Of a stretch of 64,000 bases of DNA, positions 27,501-39,647 are shown piece after piece. Position 1 is the first letter of the stretch; the number at the start of each line of letters is the position of its first letter. Below the pieces are notes generated by a model, which saw only the letters and a program-made list of their open reading frames with translations, had not been told where the DNA came from and made no database searches. The position numbers and the translations under genes were made by a program. Location of the stretch: contig CM120642.1 in the NCBI GenBank assembly GCA_051362555.1, forward strand, positions 32,736,001 through 32,800,000, read 5' to 3'. Source of the stretch: Lingula anatina (lineage: Eukaryota; Animalia; Brachiopoda).

Positions 27501-30500
27501 GGGGAACCCTGTTTGTACATGGCCAGAGTCTACATAGAAAGTGGCACTTAATCAACACTTCCAGCAATAATTAAAAACACATGCAACACAGAGTAAAATA
27601 AACTGCTTTTTCCATGGGAAATTTGACCTTGCGCCTCCGATGGTTGAGTTTGATAGGGAGCTTGTACGAGTAAAAATTTTGGAAAGCATGGGACAAAATG
27701 CTGTTTTTCTATAATAAAATAGAGGGTGTCATTTATGAAATTTTTTCTTTTCCCATATAATATATGAGCACAGTTGAGGCAAAAATGATTTTAGTTAAAG
27801 TAAACGTATCTGTATAAAATGCAGTATGTATAATTGAGTAAAAAAAAAAAAAAATTAATGCAATTAACAATTTATTAACTCTATAAGTAAAATACTTTTT
27901 ACTGTTTGTCGTGTCTTTGTAATTTTGTAGTGATATTGCTTATAACTGTAACAACTTTTATATTTAGAAGCATTGACAAACTTCTAGTAGCTGTACCTTC
28001 ATTTTATGATTATGAAATTTAATCTCAAATACATATACATGCTTTTGCAAATAAAATATCCAATGTAGATCTAAAAATTGGATCTGTAAAAAAAAAAAAA
28101 AAACAATTTTTTTTTTTACCTTTGAGGACGTCACTGACGACAGTTGGCCATGGGGTTCCTGGTTCATACCACCAGAACAACCGCCATCTCTCCCCATCAC
28201 GCTGTATTGTGTTATAGTGACCTAACAAATCAAATAAAAGAAAAACACAATTAAAATACTCCAAAGCAACAGACAGATGCACTGTTTCTAGTGAACAGTT
28301 TATCAAATATGCTCAATAGGCATATTATTGGCACAGAAATATTCACAGAAATATTCACTGTCCCTGAGAACCTACCATCAACAAATGCTTTGCCACTGTC
28401 CGCGGAGCTTTGCAGTTCCTGCAGTTCTTTAATCTGCTTTCTTAGCTGCTCTGTAGTGTGCTGTAATTCCATGACAACACGTCCCCATTGACGACAGCAA
28501 TCATATGCACGGTTGTAGTAATTATGTTGCAAGCTGGCATATTGAAATATCCCTAAAAAGCAGACCAGAGTGAGCAGCATTCTTGAAGCCATGGTCTCTC
28601 TGAAGTTTCTCTGTGTTGTTCCGGCCAGACTGCCTCACTAAGGCCCTGGGTTGCTTTTGGGCCTGTTCACACAGGTTCTAACATATAACCACCATTTGCT
28701 GTGGTTCACCTGCGAATCAAATAATTTCATTTGACAAATGATTTTAATGTCCTGGCTACAGAGTAGAGCTTGGATTTACTTAGAGTCCACAGTTGTTGAA
28801 GCTTACATAGTACTGTCAGTTCATTTGAGTGGTGGAATTAGTTAAGAATCAAAAAAAAAGTTTTATCTTAGAACCAGTATGAACAGGTCTGTTATCACAG
28901 AGGCTTATTCAAGCAGCATGTGCTTGCTACAAAGTAATTAACTTGGGAGGTGCCGCATGCTGTAAAATGTTTGTTTTTATGTTCCCCACTCTTGATTTTA
29001 TCTTAATTGGCACTGGAGATCTGGTTTGAAAGAAAACCGCAACCAGAGAGATACAGGCAGCCTTAATTAATGGCGACCATCAAAAAGTATCAGCAGTATG
29101 CAAATTTCTGAATTGTTATAGATCTGCTGTTTTTTTTTTTTTTTGTTTGTTTTTTTTAATTTAAAGCCTAACTTTAAATTCATGTCAAATTCTACAATGT
29201 ACTTTAGTAGTTCTTAATGTTTATAACACTTGTTACTTTAAGTGACATTTTCCTTAGTGGTACACAGTAGATTTTCATTGACTTCATTCCCATTGAGAAC
29301 CATTTAAATCTTAAAGACACCACTTAGAAATACAATATGAGTTATTCATCAAGAACTTGGATATGTTTTACTTTGCATTGTTTATCCATTTTATGTGTCT
29401 AAAAGGAAATTTAAATTATACATTAACAGCTGATGTTTCCATAATCTTCCTTTAGTTGTAATCAAAGTGGCCAGGACCCTGTATAAAAAATGAGGATTTA
29501 CACTAGAATAAATATGCCATTCATTTTACGCATAATCTTATGGCATCGAGTTAAAAGCTGTTAAAATTTAAACATTTCGTCAGTTTTAAATTGTTAGAAG
29601 TAGGAAAACTGCTGGTTCAATTTCAAGCCCCGCGGTCCTGGTGGTATACAATGTAGCCCAACTCAGTGGTAAACTTCCTTTCTATAAGCCAAGCAAATGC
29701 TGCCCTGTGTCAAAACCTGGAAAACAATTCTTTTCTTTCTATTTTTGTTTACCCTCTTTAACCTGTGCTAATAGCACTGCAAGAATGAGGAACTTGGTCC
29801 TGGGGGCAGAAAAGAAATATCACACCTCTTTGGATACAGTTGCACCTCTTTACTGATGTAAGATTGACATTTGATGTTTAGGCCAGACAAAACTAATAAG
29901 TTGGCTAACAAGGGTGACGGACCCAAATTTTGAGAAAATCTGAATTTTTTTACACTGATTTTTTTCTAACAGTTGTACCTCCTTAAAAAAGAGAAATTCA
30001 ATTTTTTTCTGTTAACTTAATAAACATGTGGTTATCAGTTTCACTTGATTGAAAAATACATTCAAAAGGAAGAAAAATTTTTAAGAAAAAATAAACAATC
30101 ATTTAATACTTCAACTGATCGCTGAAAAATATGCCTGATAGAACATCTTGATATGCATAATAAAACATCTGATATGATTAATATGAGGTAAGGAATTGTA
30201 GCATATACTGCATCAGAACACTGGAATCAATGCTAAGTTGGGAAATTATCTGGTCCACTATAAAAATAACATAATGGAGTAGATGTAAAACACTCTAAAA
30301 GTACCAAACAATATTTTACTTTATCTTAATGTCTTTGATATTTCCAGATCTGCAAATGCCAGTTTGTCCTGTACTTTGACGTCTCTGACCCAGTGATGAC
30401 TGAGCGTCTTCTGGAAAGAGGAAAGACCAGCGGCAGATCTGATGATAACGAGGAGACCATCAAAGAGAGACTGAAGACTTTCCATGAAGTCACTGAACCT

Positions 30501-30598
30501 GTTATCACCCATTTTGAAGCAGAGGACAGGGTCAAAAGAGTAAGTATACATTGAGGGCAAACCCCATGGAAGGTGAGCCTTCCCCCCCCCCTCTCTCC

Positions 30599-30632
<34 letters not shown>

Positions 30633-33600
30633 TGAGCTCTTGAGCTCTCTCTGCTCAGCATTGGGGTAGAGACACTTAATTAACTCTCACCTTTCAGTCC
30701 AGATATACAATTAAGTTTGGTAATTGGAATGGACATTTGTGTAGGAAATCTTATACAAGATGTAATTGAGCATGACAGTATCGCACACTTTGGTAGAGAA
30801 CAAGCCTAACTATGACATAATTTCTAATTGCAAACATATGGCTCTGTTATCAATGTCTGGAAGATATTTCATGAAAAGTACTCTAATTTAATTTTTGTAA
30901 CACGCAGTTTGGTTTTGCTAGTTTATATTTTAATTGCAGCGATGGCACATTTTTGTGATAATACATAAAATTTTTAATGTATTCTTCTGCTTTTGAGACA
31001 TTTCAAAGCTAATGTTCAGAGAAAATTAAGTTCACAAAACACATTAATGGAAACCTTGAATAAAAACAACACTTAGATATATTCCATGTTGTCTTTTCTT
31101 AAAATGTTAACATTTACAAAATATTTTTATTCTAAATCTGACAACTTTAACTAAAAAGTAGCAATTACTTTTTAAAATCTAATCTACCTTTATTTATACT
31201 TAATTTACTCCTTGAACTTAAACTTTTTCCAGTGGAATCATTTAAACAGTAGCTTGTTAGACCTTGAATTTTCTGTATCCTTAGTATTTATGAAGTTCAT
31301 CTAAATCAATTTATTTATTTACTTTATTTATTTATTTACCCCCCAGGTGGACAGCAATGGCTCCATTGATGATGTCTGGGCCAAGGTGCAGCCCATCATG
31401 GACGAACTGGTGTCAGCCAGTAAGTAAAAATTTTCTTTCTTTTTTATTTCACGAAAAAGTTTAATATATGCTCTGAATATGTTAAAAAAATGAGAATGGA
31501 CTGGTCTGTCCATCAGGCAATGACTATGGTCAGTTAATTGCAATTAACAACATGTGCCTCTTGTTTAACGAATTTTGGTCACTGTGATGGTTACTTTATG
31601 GACAAGTATCAATTTGTTCTAAGTCATAAAACCCATCCACAACCTAACATGTCTCTACAGTGGTAATCCCTGGTTGGAGTTGTATCAGTTCTGACAAGGA
31701 CAAATTTCTACAAAAAAAATAATTTTTTTAATATATATTTTTTTATTGAAGAATATTTTAATTTTAAGAATTATAGTATTTCATTCATTTAAAAAGCATT
31801 TGATGAAGTAAGATGTTTAGAATGCTAAGATTCATGTAGGGAATATTGAACTTGTTTTAAATATTAATTTCATAAATGTGTAAGCTAGCCCAGTTCCTGA
31901 ATAAAATCAACATATGACTAGTACCTTTGTAAACAATTTAAAACAATTAATCATAGGTGCTATCTGAGGGCAAATCGTCAGCCACCATCATATAAAGCTA
32001 AACACCCACGTTGATGTGCCAATACAATAAAAGCACTCACAATACACCTCTACAGGTAAACATGTAAGAATGTTGTTTATTGTTGTTGCTACCATGACAA
32101 TGCTATGAATTGTGGGACGGGTAGCTAAAAATAGCTTCAATTTCCATGTGCTACAAAATTCAAGGTGAAGTGGGTCACATCCAGATGACATTATGAGAGG
32201 AGGCTCGAGTGGAGACATGGTATTTTAGCATATTTAATCATTTGGGTTAAGAGACGAGAGGATACGGATTATTACTGCTGTAATATAACAGCCATATTAC
32301 ATAGGATTTCATATTGACAATATCTAAGGATTTGCCTTTACCAGTGGGTGATTCATACATAGGGAATTATCTAGTCTTTATTTATAAAAAGGGGGATTTT
32401 ATTACACAGCATACTTCCAAGTATTTGTTGTGGTAACAGTTCTTTTCAGCAGAGTAAGGAAACTTGAAAGAGACCCAAATCCTTGTGTTAGGTGAGAAAT
32501 AACTGACCTGGATACTTCACCTGAGGGAATTTATATTGAGAAAGATATCTAGCACAGATAAGAGTGTATCAAATACATACAGTACATACTGCCAGACATA
32601 TAGTTTCTTTAACCATGGGAGGAGGCTGCACAAAGAATGATAGCACGGCGGCAGAGCCAGGAGCTCCTAGTACCACACATGAAACGACTGTGAAAGATAT
32701 ACAGGAAAACAGTAGTAGTAAAGATCAGACTCAGAGTGAGCCAAAGGAAAACGGGGACAAAGTAGAAGAAACCGAACAGAATACAAATACAGCTGTTGTT
32801 AGTACTAAACAGTCTGGAGAGGGAGATAAAGAAAATGTTACTGAAGAGGACGGAAGTAATGATCAAAATACAGGTACAGGGCCACATGGGTTAACTATGT
32901 GATATTGGAATATGTGTATCATGGTTCAGATTATGAAAGTGTGTCAGTGTATAGTTTGTTTATGATCATAAATATTTTGGAATAATGACATTTTTACTTT
33001 ATTTATTTCAGTTGGATTGGCTAGACTTAATATAGATGTTACACCACTAAAGAAGTGCAAGGTTTTCTTCGTTGTTGGTAAGTGTGATTCTTTTTAGATA
33101 ATTTAAATAATATCTGTACAGTACGAGAGAGCATGAGATAACATTTCTGCTAGTAAAAAAATTTTTTGATTATTTAATAATTACAATTGCCTGACATACA
33201 ATAACTGCTATATTAATTGACACTCCCAATTTTTACTCACATCCTACATCAATATTGCTCATGAAATACATGCACATGAATATACTACCTAAAAAAAATA
33301 TTGTCCAGTCAAATATACCATCTTATGGTTTGAAATATGAATAATATGTTCTGCTGGACTACAAGTGAAGATAATGAAGAATCCAGCTTAAATTACAGCG
33401 TTTTCCATTCCTGCCTAGATATGAGTTCTATTCACTATTGTGAAGCCTGTCATACAAATTGATCCCTAATAGTTCTGCATACAACTCCAGGGGGGACAGT
33501 ATGATTGATGTATCAAGGTACCTCTGAAATTTCTGTTCACCAAAAAAAAAAAAAGGGGTGGGGGTAGAGTCAATATGATTGAATACTTTTTATTACTAGG

Positions 33601-35922
33601 GTTACAGCTCAGAAATGCCATCACTGCTTCTTCTTTTCTCTTTCATTCAGAGCACAAATAGTGAATAATTTCATCTTTAGGGAACTATGGCAACATTCAT
33701 GTTTAAATGAAATAATCAATAGATAAAGCACGATAGGTTTAACCATTGCAGAAGTAAATCATGCCTGTGACATTTGAAAATTGGGTTACATGTTTGGTGC
33801 ATTATCCAGTGGGAATTAGATAAATAGTTGACAGAATGGATGTTTAAATTTTGAGGTCAGACCAGCGATGGGATAAAGATTTGACAGGAACACAAACTGA
33901 TAGATGATGGTTGATTGTACATTTTTTTAAATATAAATTTCTTTTTTAACTTTTTGTTTATGATTTTTATTTAAGTTTTTTAACTTTAAAAAGTTAATGA
34001 CAATATTTTATCTGTGTTTAGAGATTTTAATGTGAAGACTCGATATAATTATGTTTTAATCGAAATTATTTCTGTACAAAAAACATATTTTGGTATTTCT
34101 GTTTTTAAATTTGCATGGTTTCAATGACAGCTGGAATGCTGTTCACTACAACAGCCTTTGACTTAATTATGTAAACATATATCTTTATAAAGAGAGCCTA
34201 TCTTTATGTGATTGCTAGCACAAAAGATGTAATACAGTACACCTTGATAAGCTGTGATAATCTTCTCTCTAGTAACATCTTGTATCATGACAAACTGTTC
34301 AGTACAGTCCATGTGTCTCTCTCCAGGTGGTCCAGGCTCAGGCAAGGGCACGCAGTGTGAGAAAATAGTCCAGAAGTACGGGTTCACCCACTTGTCTACA
34401 GGGGATATCCTAAGGGACACGGTGAAGTCTGGGTCACCCATGGGGAAACAACTGAATCAGATGATGGAGAGTGGTCAGCTTGTGCCTCTGGTAACTATAT
34501 GAGACAGATTGATGTCATGGAAAAATTAAAAATTTAGACAATTTTGTAGGCTTTAAAGGGTGAAAATATTCATACCTCCAATATTTTAATGTCTGTCAAG
34601 AACATAGTACTCGGGGAGGGAAGCTACCTAAGGCAACATTTTTAGTATTGGCTATTGATTTTCAAAAAAGAAAAAAAAAAAACGACTTTATTTTTACTGC
34701 ATTTCACAGCTGATGAAATTGTACTCTTAGGATGTAAATAGCTTTATAAAAAGGGTAATTCTTCCATTTATGTCCACTTTTATTGGCATAATGGCACTAA
34801 CTTCACTGCATTATGAATTCTATTTTCATTTCATTGTAATTTATCTCAATTTCAGGAGACTGTGTTAGATCTTTTGAAGGAGCAGATGGTGAAGAAAGCC
34901 AGCTCTACCAAGGGCTTTCTGATAGACGGCTACCCCAGGGAGCTGGACCAGGGAATTAAGTTTGAAAATGAGGTATTGAAATAGAACTGACTTGATAGCT
35001 TCTAAACTGTAAGAATCCTTATAATTATATGTCCTTGGTCACAGTGGTGGGGAAACTGTACACTTTGCTGTTAAAATTGCTGTGGCAAGCTTTAAAAAAG
35101 ACATTTTCAGCATAAAGACCACTTGCTGCAGTAATAATACATGTACATGGTAATTATACCTATTGTTGTAATTTCAATACAGTCACAACATAGCTTAAAG
35201 CATGTACAAGTAGAACAAAAGCTTTACCCATAAAATGCCTTTGAAAATCAAAACTTAGCTTAAAAACATGATTTAATTGACAAATTTTAGATAAAAGAAG
35301 TAGAGTGTGTCGTCTACTTCGAAGTCAGTGAAAAGGTCATGAAAGAACGCCTAATGCACCGCGCCAAGACAAGCGGCCGTGTAGATGACAATGAAGAAAC
35401 AATAGCCAAAAGACTGAAGACATTCAAAGAATGCACCACCCCTGTAATAAAATACTATGAGGAGAAGAAGAAAGCTGCAAAGGTAACTTTTGATTGGTTT
35501 TGTAATAATTGACTTTTAACTGCTTTGTTTACCTTCTAATCATAGGCTTACAATAAAAAAAACATTGCTACAGAGAAGATATCAACTCAACTACACTTCT
35601 TATTTGAATGTGATTAGACTCACTTCACATCTGTAAAAATTAAGTTACCCCAAGTGCCCAGTGATAAATTTTGACAATCTTTATTGAAAATAATTAATTT
35701 ACAGGTACTTGCAAAATGTAAAGAACTGCAATTAAAATAAAAATAATAGACTATTTGTAATTATCAAATATATAATATTTTCTTTTATGTCCAGTTATTC
35801 TAATTTACAACATATCCAGTAAAAGCTTCAAATTGTGTTTTTTATTACAGGTCAACGCAGAAGGCAGCATTGACGATGTTTGGAATCTAACAGAGAAAGC
35901 TTTGGACCAGTTTGCCCAGTAG
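6552..35922 (+). CDS. AK5: AK5-type multidomain adenylate kinase: N-terminal Dpy-30/RIIa-like dimerisation domain + 4 AK domains (~995 aa if all exons are joined)
   Basis: Exons 6552-6611, 7336-7534, 9616-9771, 10229-10404, 10867-10980, 11333-11524, 11802-11886, 12194-12286, 12657-12832, 13163-13276, 13603-13794, 13963-14053, 14575-14699, 17645-17657, 23129-23173, 23533-23696, 24612-24728, 30348-30539, 31347-31419, 33012-33077, 34327-34490, 34856-34972, 35291-35482, 35851-35922 join in frame (2988 nt). N-terminus [35 protein letters not shown] resembles AK5. Four G(G/P)PGSGK P-loops, four GYPR motifs and four GRxDDNE LID motifs. Splicing across 14699-23129 is inferred; the locus could also be transcribed as separate units. 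Confidence 0.88.
10010..10190. mobile_element. MITE family A, copy 2 (mostly opposite orientation)
   Basis: CAGGGGTGAATCCAGAGAT...AATCTGCCACTG shares internal sequence with 24368-24537. Flanks TACTG/TACTA. Confidence 0.7.
12291..12304. promoter_or_regulatory. RFX X-box motif in an AK intron
   Basis: GTTGCCATGGAAAC matches the palindromic X-box consensus. Further X-box-like sites at 8131-8144 (GTAACCCTGGTGAC) and 6453-6467. Confidence 0.4.
16609..31427 (+). CDS. Putative short AK isoform (AK domain 3 only) from an internal first exon
   Basis: ATG CCT|gtaagt at 16609-16614 is phase-compatible with the 13-nt microexon 17645-17657 and exon 23129, giving [32 protein letters not shown]. Reading through the donor at 31420 gives AGT AAG TAA. 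Confidence 0.45.
20049..20170 (+). CDS. Putative alternative terminal exon of the AK gene (isoform ending after the two degenerate AK domains)
   Basis: tgttatag| phase-1 acceptor compatible with the microexon 17645-17657. Encodes [39 protein letters not shown]-stop. GC-rich relative to its flanks. Confidence 0.55.
20908..21007. mobile_element. Fragment of palindromic MITE family B
   Basis: ACAGACATCTAAGCTGCTTAAG.TGATTGCAATTTAGCGA.AATCCCCT.GGA..TAGATCAATCCACAGTTAGTA is near-identical to 52885-52960. Confidence 0.75.
23364..23598. repeat. 104-bp tandem duplication spanning the acceptor of the AK domain-3 P-loop exon
   Basis: TCAATATTCTGTTATATT(A/G)TGTATTTTAG|GTGGTCCTGGCAGTGGTAAAGGTAC.CAATGTGAGAG.ATGGTCCAGAAATATGGGTT.ACCCA occurs twice, with a partial third copy upstream. 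Confidence 0.9.
24368..24537. mobile_element. MITE family A, copy 3 (best preserved)
   Basis: TIR CAGGGGCGGAT...ATCCGCCCCTG with a perfect 5-bp TSD AGAAA. Confidence 0.85.
25212..28592 (-). CDS. Nested antisense gene: secreted protein (291 aa) with signal peptide, coiled coil, unnamed Trp/Cys-rich domain and a C-terminal 4-Cys EGF-like motif
   Basis: Exons 28376-28592, 28120-28221, 26885-26999, 26363-26475, 25688-25927, 25212-25300 have GT-AG junctions and join in frame (876 nt). Protein: [22 protein letters not shown]...[10 protein letters not shown]...[13 protein letters not shown]...[20 protein letters not shown]...[27 protein letters not shown]. It lies entirely inside AK intron 24729-30347. 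Confidence 0.88.
26719..26913. repeat. ~80-bp tandem triplication of the nested gene exon 3 3' end plus donor, with C-rich spacers
   Basis: GTTTACCTG(T/A)ATGC.GT.CCCCT.TGGTCCACTGCC occurs three times. Confidence 0.85.
30581..30652. repeat. Poly-C/(CT)n microsatellite
   Basis: Direct reading of the sequence. Confidence 0.9.
32615..35922 (+). CDS. Putative lipid-anchored AK isoform (AK domain 4) from an internal first exon beginning MGGGCTK
   Basis: ACCATGG Kozak context at 32615. The 259-nt exon 32615-32873 ends in phase 1 and joins exon 33012 in frame. It has Gly2, Cys5 and an acidic low-complexity linker. Confidence 0.65.
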
Positions 35923-35997
35923 AAATAACTGCCAAATCTCACCATAGCACACATGTACCCAGAGTCGCCCCGTGTTTGAGTGATTGACCCTACAACT

Positions 35998-36178
35998 GTC
36001 CCTGGTTTCACAAAAAAAATCTCAAGTCAGTTTCCCGGGCTAAAAACTTAATTACCAAGGTTACATGGTCACATGGGCACATCTTACCCTATCAGGAGCA
36101 GTGTAACAGCACTCTCATGGAAATCCTAGTCAACTAAGCCAGGGAACTGACTTAAGGTTTTTTTGTGAAACTGGGGCC
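35998..36178. mobile_element. ~180-bp MITE in the AK 3' UTR
   Basis: Imperfect TIRs CCCTGGTTTCACAAAAAAAATCTCAAGTCAGTTTCCCGGGCT / AGCCAGGGAACTGACTTAAGGTTTTTTTGTGAAACTGGGG. Confidence 0.7.
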
Positions 36179-38209
36179 TGGACTAAAGTCAAGTGGTCAA
36201 AACCTGTGAGAAAAACTCACTGACCGTGCAAATTGTGGGCAGCTGTACTGAACAAATGGGGATTTAGATCTGTGGAATCTTTTTTAAATTAAATTCATGG
36301 AAGGGTTGAAAATTTGTTGATTAAAAAGCACCAAACTCCTTAAAGGAGTTTATAGAAGAGGCACATCAGAATTTATAAAATTCTGGGCTCCTAAATTATC
36401 ATTGTCTGGCACAAATTTAGTTGTGTGTGTGAATGAAGATCGATTTTCAGATCTTGCCTTTTTTTCTTTTACCAATTTTGTTCACCAATTTTTCAATTGT
36501 GCTTACACCACTTTGTGCAATTAATAATGTCTAAAAAGGTATCTGTTTCTTACACAGCACTGTGTATTTTAATTGTGTCAAAAATTTAAGCTGCTTATTC
36601 TTTTAAGTCAACTTCACTTGAAGTGAATTTTTATGTCGTCAGCAATTTTTCTTAATTTTCTTAAATACTTAAGGTGCTTATTTCACTTTGTTCATTTTCT
36701 TCACAGCTCTTTTAAGTGGTATTTTATTTATTTTTACACCTTCATTTTTATGTATTTGTCCACAAGACCTCAACATCAACTCATAAGAGGCCTTTACACA
36801 CTTTTGTGTCTAAAACTTTCAAAATAAACTCTAAAAAATATAAATAAAACTTAAAATACAGCAAACTTCTTCCCAAACAAAAATTATGGTGCCTCAAGTT
36901 TAGTTATTACACTGGGTCAGGTCTCAAGATAATGCTGCCATAACAAATGAAATGATAATTTACTGGGAGACATCTATTTCTGGTATATAATGTGACAGAT
37001 GCTGTGATGTAGTGTCAGACACAGAACCGGCTGAACTTGCCCCCTGAATGTCAGAGTGCCATCAGAAACTGTCCAGAACTTAATAAATGAAGACTGCCCA
37101 TGTTTGAATACTGTGAAATGCAGGGTAGTGTGTGCTAATTCTATGTAAGTTTACTATCCCAGCTTGATCCCAACTCTGCTGTGATACAGATAATTTATTC
37201 ACGGGATGTTCAATGATGTAAATGTTGCTGTACATATGTAAACATATATGTATAAGGTAGAGGCAATCTGAAAGCCTGCTTTGAATAGATGATAACATTT
37301 CTGATCTCAGCGCAGTGTGCAGCTGTTATTCTTATTTGTAGAACCAAAATTTAAGGAATAAATGTATTTAAAATAATGTTCAGTTGTTTTATCTTTTGGA
37401 TATCAATATTTTATCTAATATATTGAACACATACTTAAGTAGATAAGTGAATGTGAGTAGTTGAATGAATTTTTGACATTCAACAAAAAACGAAAAAAAA
37501 ATCTTTTTAAAATCAATGAACACAATAAAATGAATAGAAAAAAATCAACATGTGCAATTTTTATAACACTTATTTATAATATATATAATTAAAGTCACAG
37601 TAACATATCAGTTATGCACAAGTCAAAGGATGCCCACTGCTTCTTGTTATAAAAATTGTTTTCCTCCATTTATTCTTTGAATAATATTTTCAAGGACTCT
37701 TTTTAATTAAAAAGCACTTTTATTTTAATTTATTTGTGCATAATTGGATTTAAGCTATGATTTTAAAAATTACTTTCATGAGTAAAAGAAACAGTAAACA
37801 TATTTAAAATTAAGCAAAATCAATGTGCAAATTGCAAAAAGCATATAACATGTCAATAATAAGTGATCAACAGAATCACTACTGGTTTCAGCTAAAGAAT
37901 GTAATATAATCTGCTTGCCCAATGTGTAGCAGATAGCTATTATATTACTTGTCAGAGAGTTCCTTTTTCCATTGTCACTTATGATGATAAAATATAATCT
38001 TTTTATGACTTCATAAGGCAACAGATTAAAATAAAAACAAAAAATCTAATCTTATCCAACCAATATGATGTAAAATAGTGGGTCCCTTGCTTACTAGATG
38101 TATCACCGGGATTGAATGCTGTATCAAACCTAGAATCCTGAGTTTTAAAGTCAACTTGTAACTGATTGTATGTTTGTAGCCTCTCTATGGCTATATTAGA
38201 CTCCTCCCC

Positions 38210-38212
<3 letters not shown>

Positions 38213-38244
<32 letters not shown>

Positions 38245-38260
38245 CCCCCCCCCCCCCCCC
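38213..38260. repeat. (CT)n/poly-C microsatellite
   Basis: Direct reading of the sequence. Confidence 0.9.
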
Positions 38261-38573
38261 CATATTCGGCAGAGATACACATATTAGGAGGAAAGTTATT
38301 ATACACTTACTGTATACCTTGAATCTTATGGCACATAATGTCTGGTTTGTGCTTGTTATCCAAACTAAATTATCAGTGAGACTAATTCAAAAAACGAAAT
38401 ACTGCACAACATGTAGTGTACAACATTATACACTAACAACTATAGTGTAGCATTAACTATGTACCCCCTGGTACATGTAAGCAACCTTTGTAACTGTGGA
38501 TCATGAACAATACATATATTAACCAAGAGATCTGAATACGTTTAGTAGAATGCCAATAACTTAATTAACTTCA

Positions 38574-39647
38574 TTAAGTATCAGCTGCCTGTTCTGCTGG
38601 ACCCCCATCATTCAGTACATCAGTTTCACCAGCATCATCTTCACCAACCACATCCCCTACCTCACTGCCATTGTCCTCATCACTACTGAAGATATCATCA
38701 TATATTTCCCTGTCAGTTGTTACCCTTTCTCTGTCACCCTGAGCTCCCTCGCCTTCATGCATTCTGTGTTGGTGTATCTGGTCTGTTGTCTGGGGTACGT
38801 TTCTCTGCTGGTGATATGGAGTGTCTTCTTCATCATCGCTGTAAATGTCATCTTCACCCTGATCTCTATAAAAAGGTCTTGGAGCCTGCGGTTCATGTAT
38901 CTCTCTTTCCGAAGCTTCTGGAGTTGTGGTACTGGTTGGACTGTTAGTAAATGTTCTTATGATAAATAAAACGAACAGTGACATTAAAACAGCTACCCCA
39001 AAGTGAAAGAAAACACTGTTGCGACTCTCAACAAAATAATAGTTCCCAGACTTTAGACCATAATCCAAAAGCTTACAAGTCAGGATCTTTCCAGACTTTT
39101 GTAAAAGTTTCAAGATGACCTTCAAGTCGGTCCATATGTTACCGATGTGCTCGCCTCCTTGCTCAAAAGTATTCTGGAGGTATTCCTCAGTGGTCCCTGC
39201 TGTTTGTTCAGAGGCAAACATTGCAATTGCTGTCCCAGTTCCAGAAATATTCTGCCACAATGTAGTGAAAACCAAGGAAAGAAACTGCCATAACTGAATG
39301 GCTGAAGATTTACAATAATGCCAGAACTCTGCATATTCTATGTCAAAAGCAAGATCACAGATGTCAAGTACAACAACATAAAGAGCACCCAGCACCTTGC
39401 TTAATATGAACCAAAGGTAGCTCATAACCTCTATGATATTAGACAATATCACAAAGGAAATTTTGATGATAAATACCAACACAATTCCGGATAACTGTAA
39501 TGCATTCCATCCTAGATGAAGGAGTTGGTCTTTCAATATTTGTTTCTCTCTCTTTGGCATGAATGAAAATAGCCCTGCCGAGATAATAATTGTGGTAACT
39601 GTTATGAAGAAAAAAGTAGTAAATGCTCTATATACTACATGAGGCAT
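38574..39647 (-). CDS. Single-coding-exon 357-aa membrane protein with an acidic C-terminal tail; architecture resembles RNF26 without the RING
   Basis: 1074-nt uninterrupted ORF in AT-rich DNA. Several hydrophobic helices at the N-terminus, one TM segment (VFFHFGVAVLMSLFVLFII), then a D/E-rich tail. Confidence 0.75.
   Translation of the reverse strand: MPHVVYRAFTTFFFITVTTIIISAGLFSFMPKREKQILKDQLLHLGWNALQLSGIVLVFIIKISFVILSNIIEVMSYLWFILSKVLGALYVVVLDICDLAFDIEYAEFWHYCKSSAIQLWQFLSLVFTTLWQNISGTGTAIAMFASEQTAGTTEEYLQNTFEQGGEHIGNIWTDLKVILKLLQKSGKILTCKLLDYGLKSGNYYFVESRNSVFFHFGVAVLMSLFVLFIIRTFTNSPTSTTTPEASEREIHEPQAPRPFYRDQGEDDIYSDDEEDTPYHQQRNVPQTTDQIHQHRMHEGEGAQGDRERVTTDREIYDDIFSSDEDNGSEVGDVVGEDDAGETDVLNDGGPAEQAADT

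Noticed and set aside
29878-29960. TTAGGCCAGAC... possible Harbinger left end
   Set aside because: No matching right TIR found nearby.
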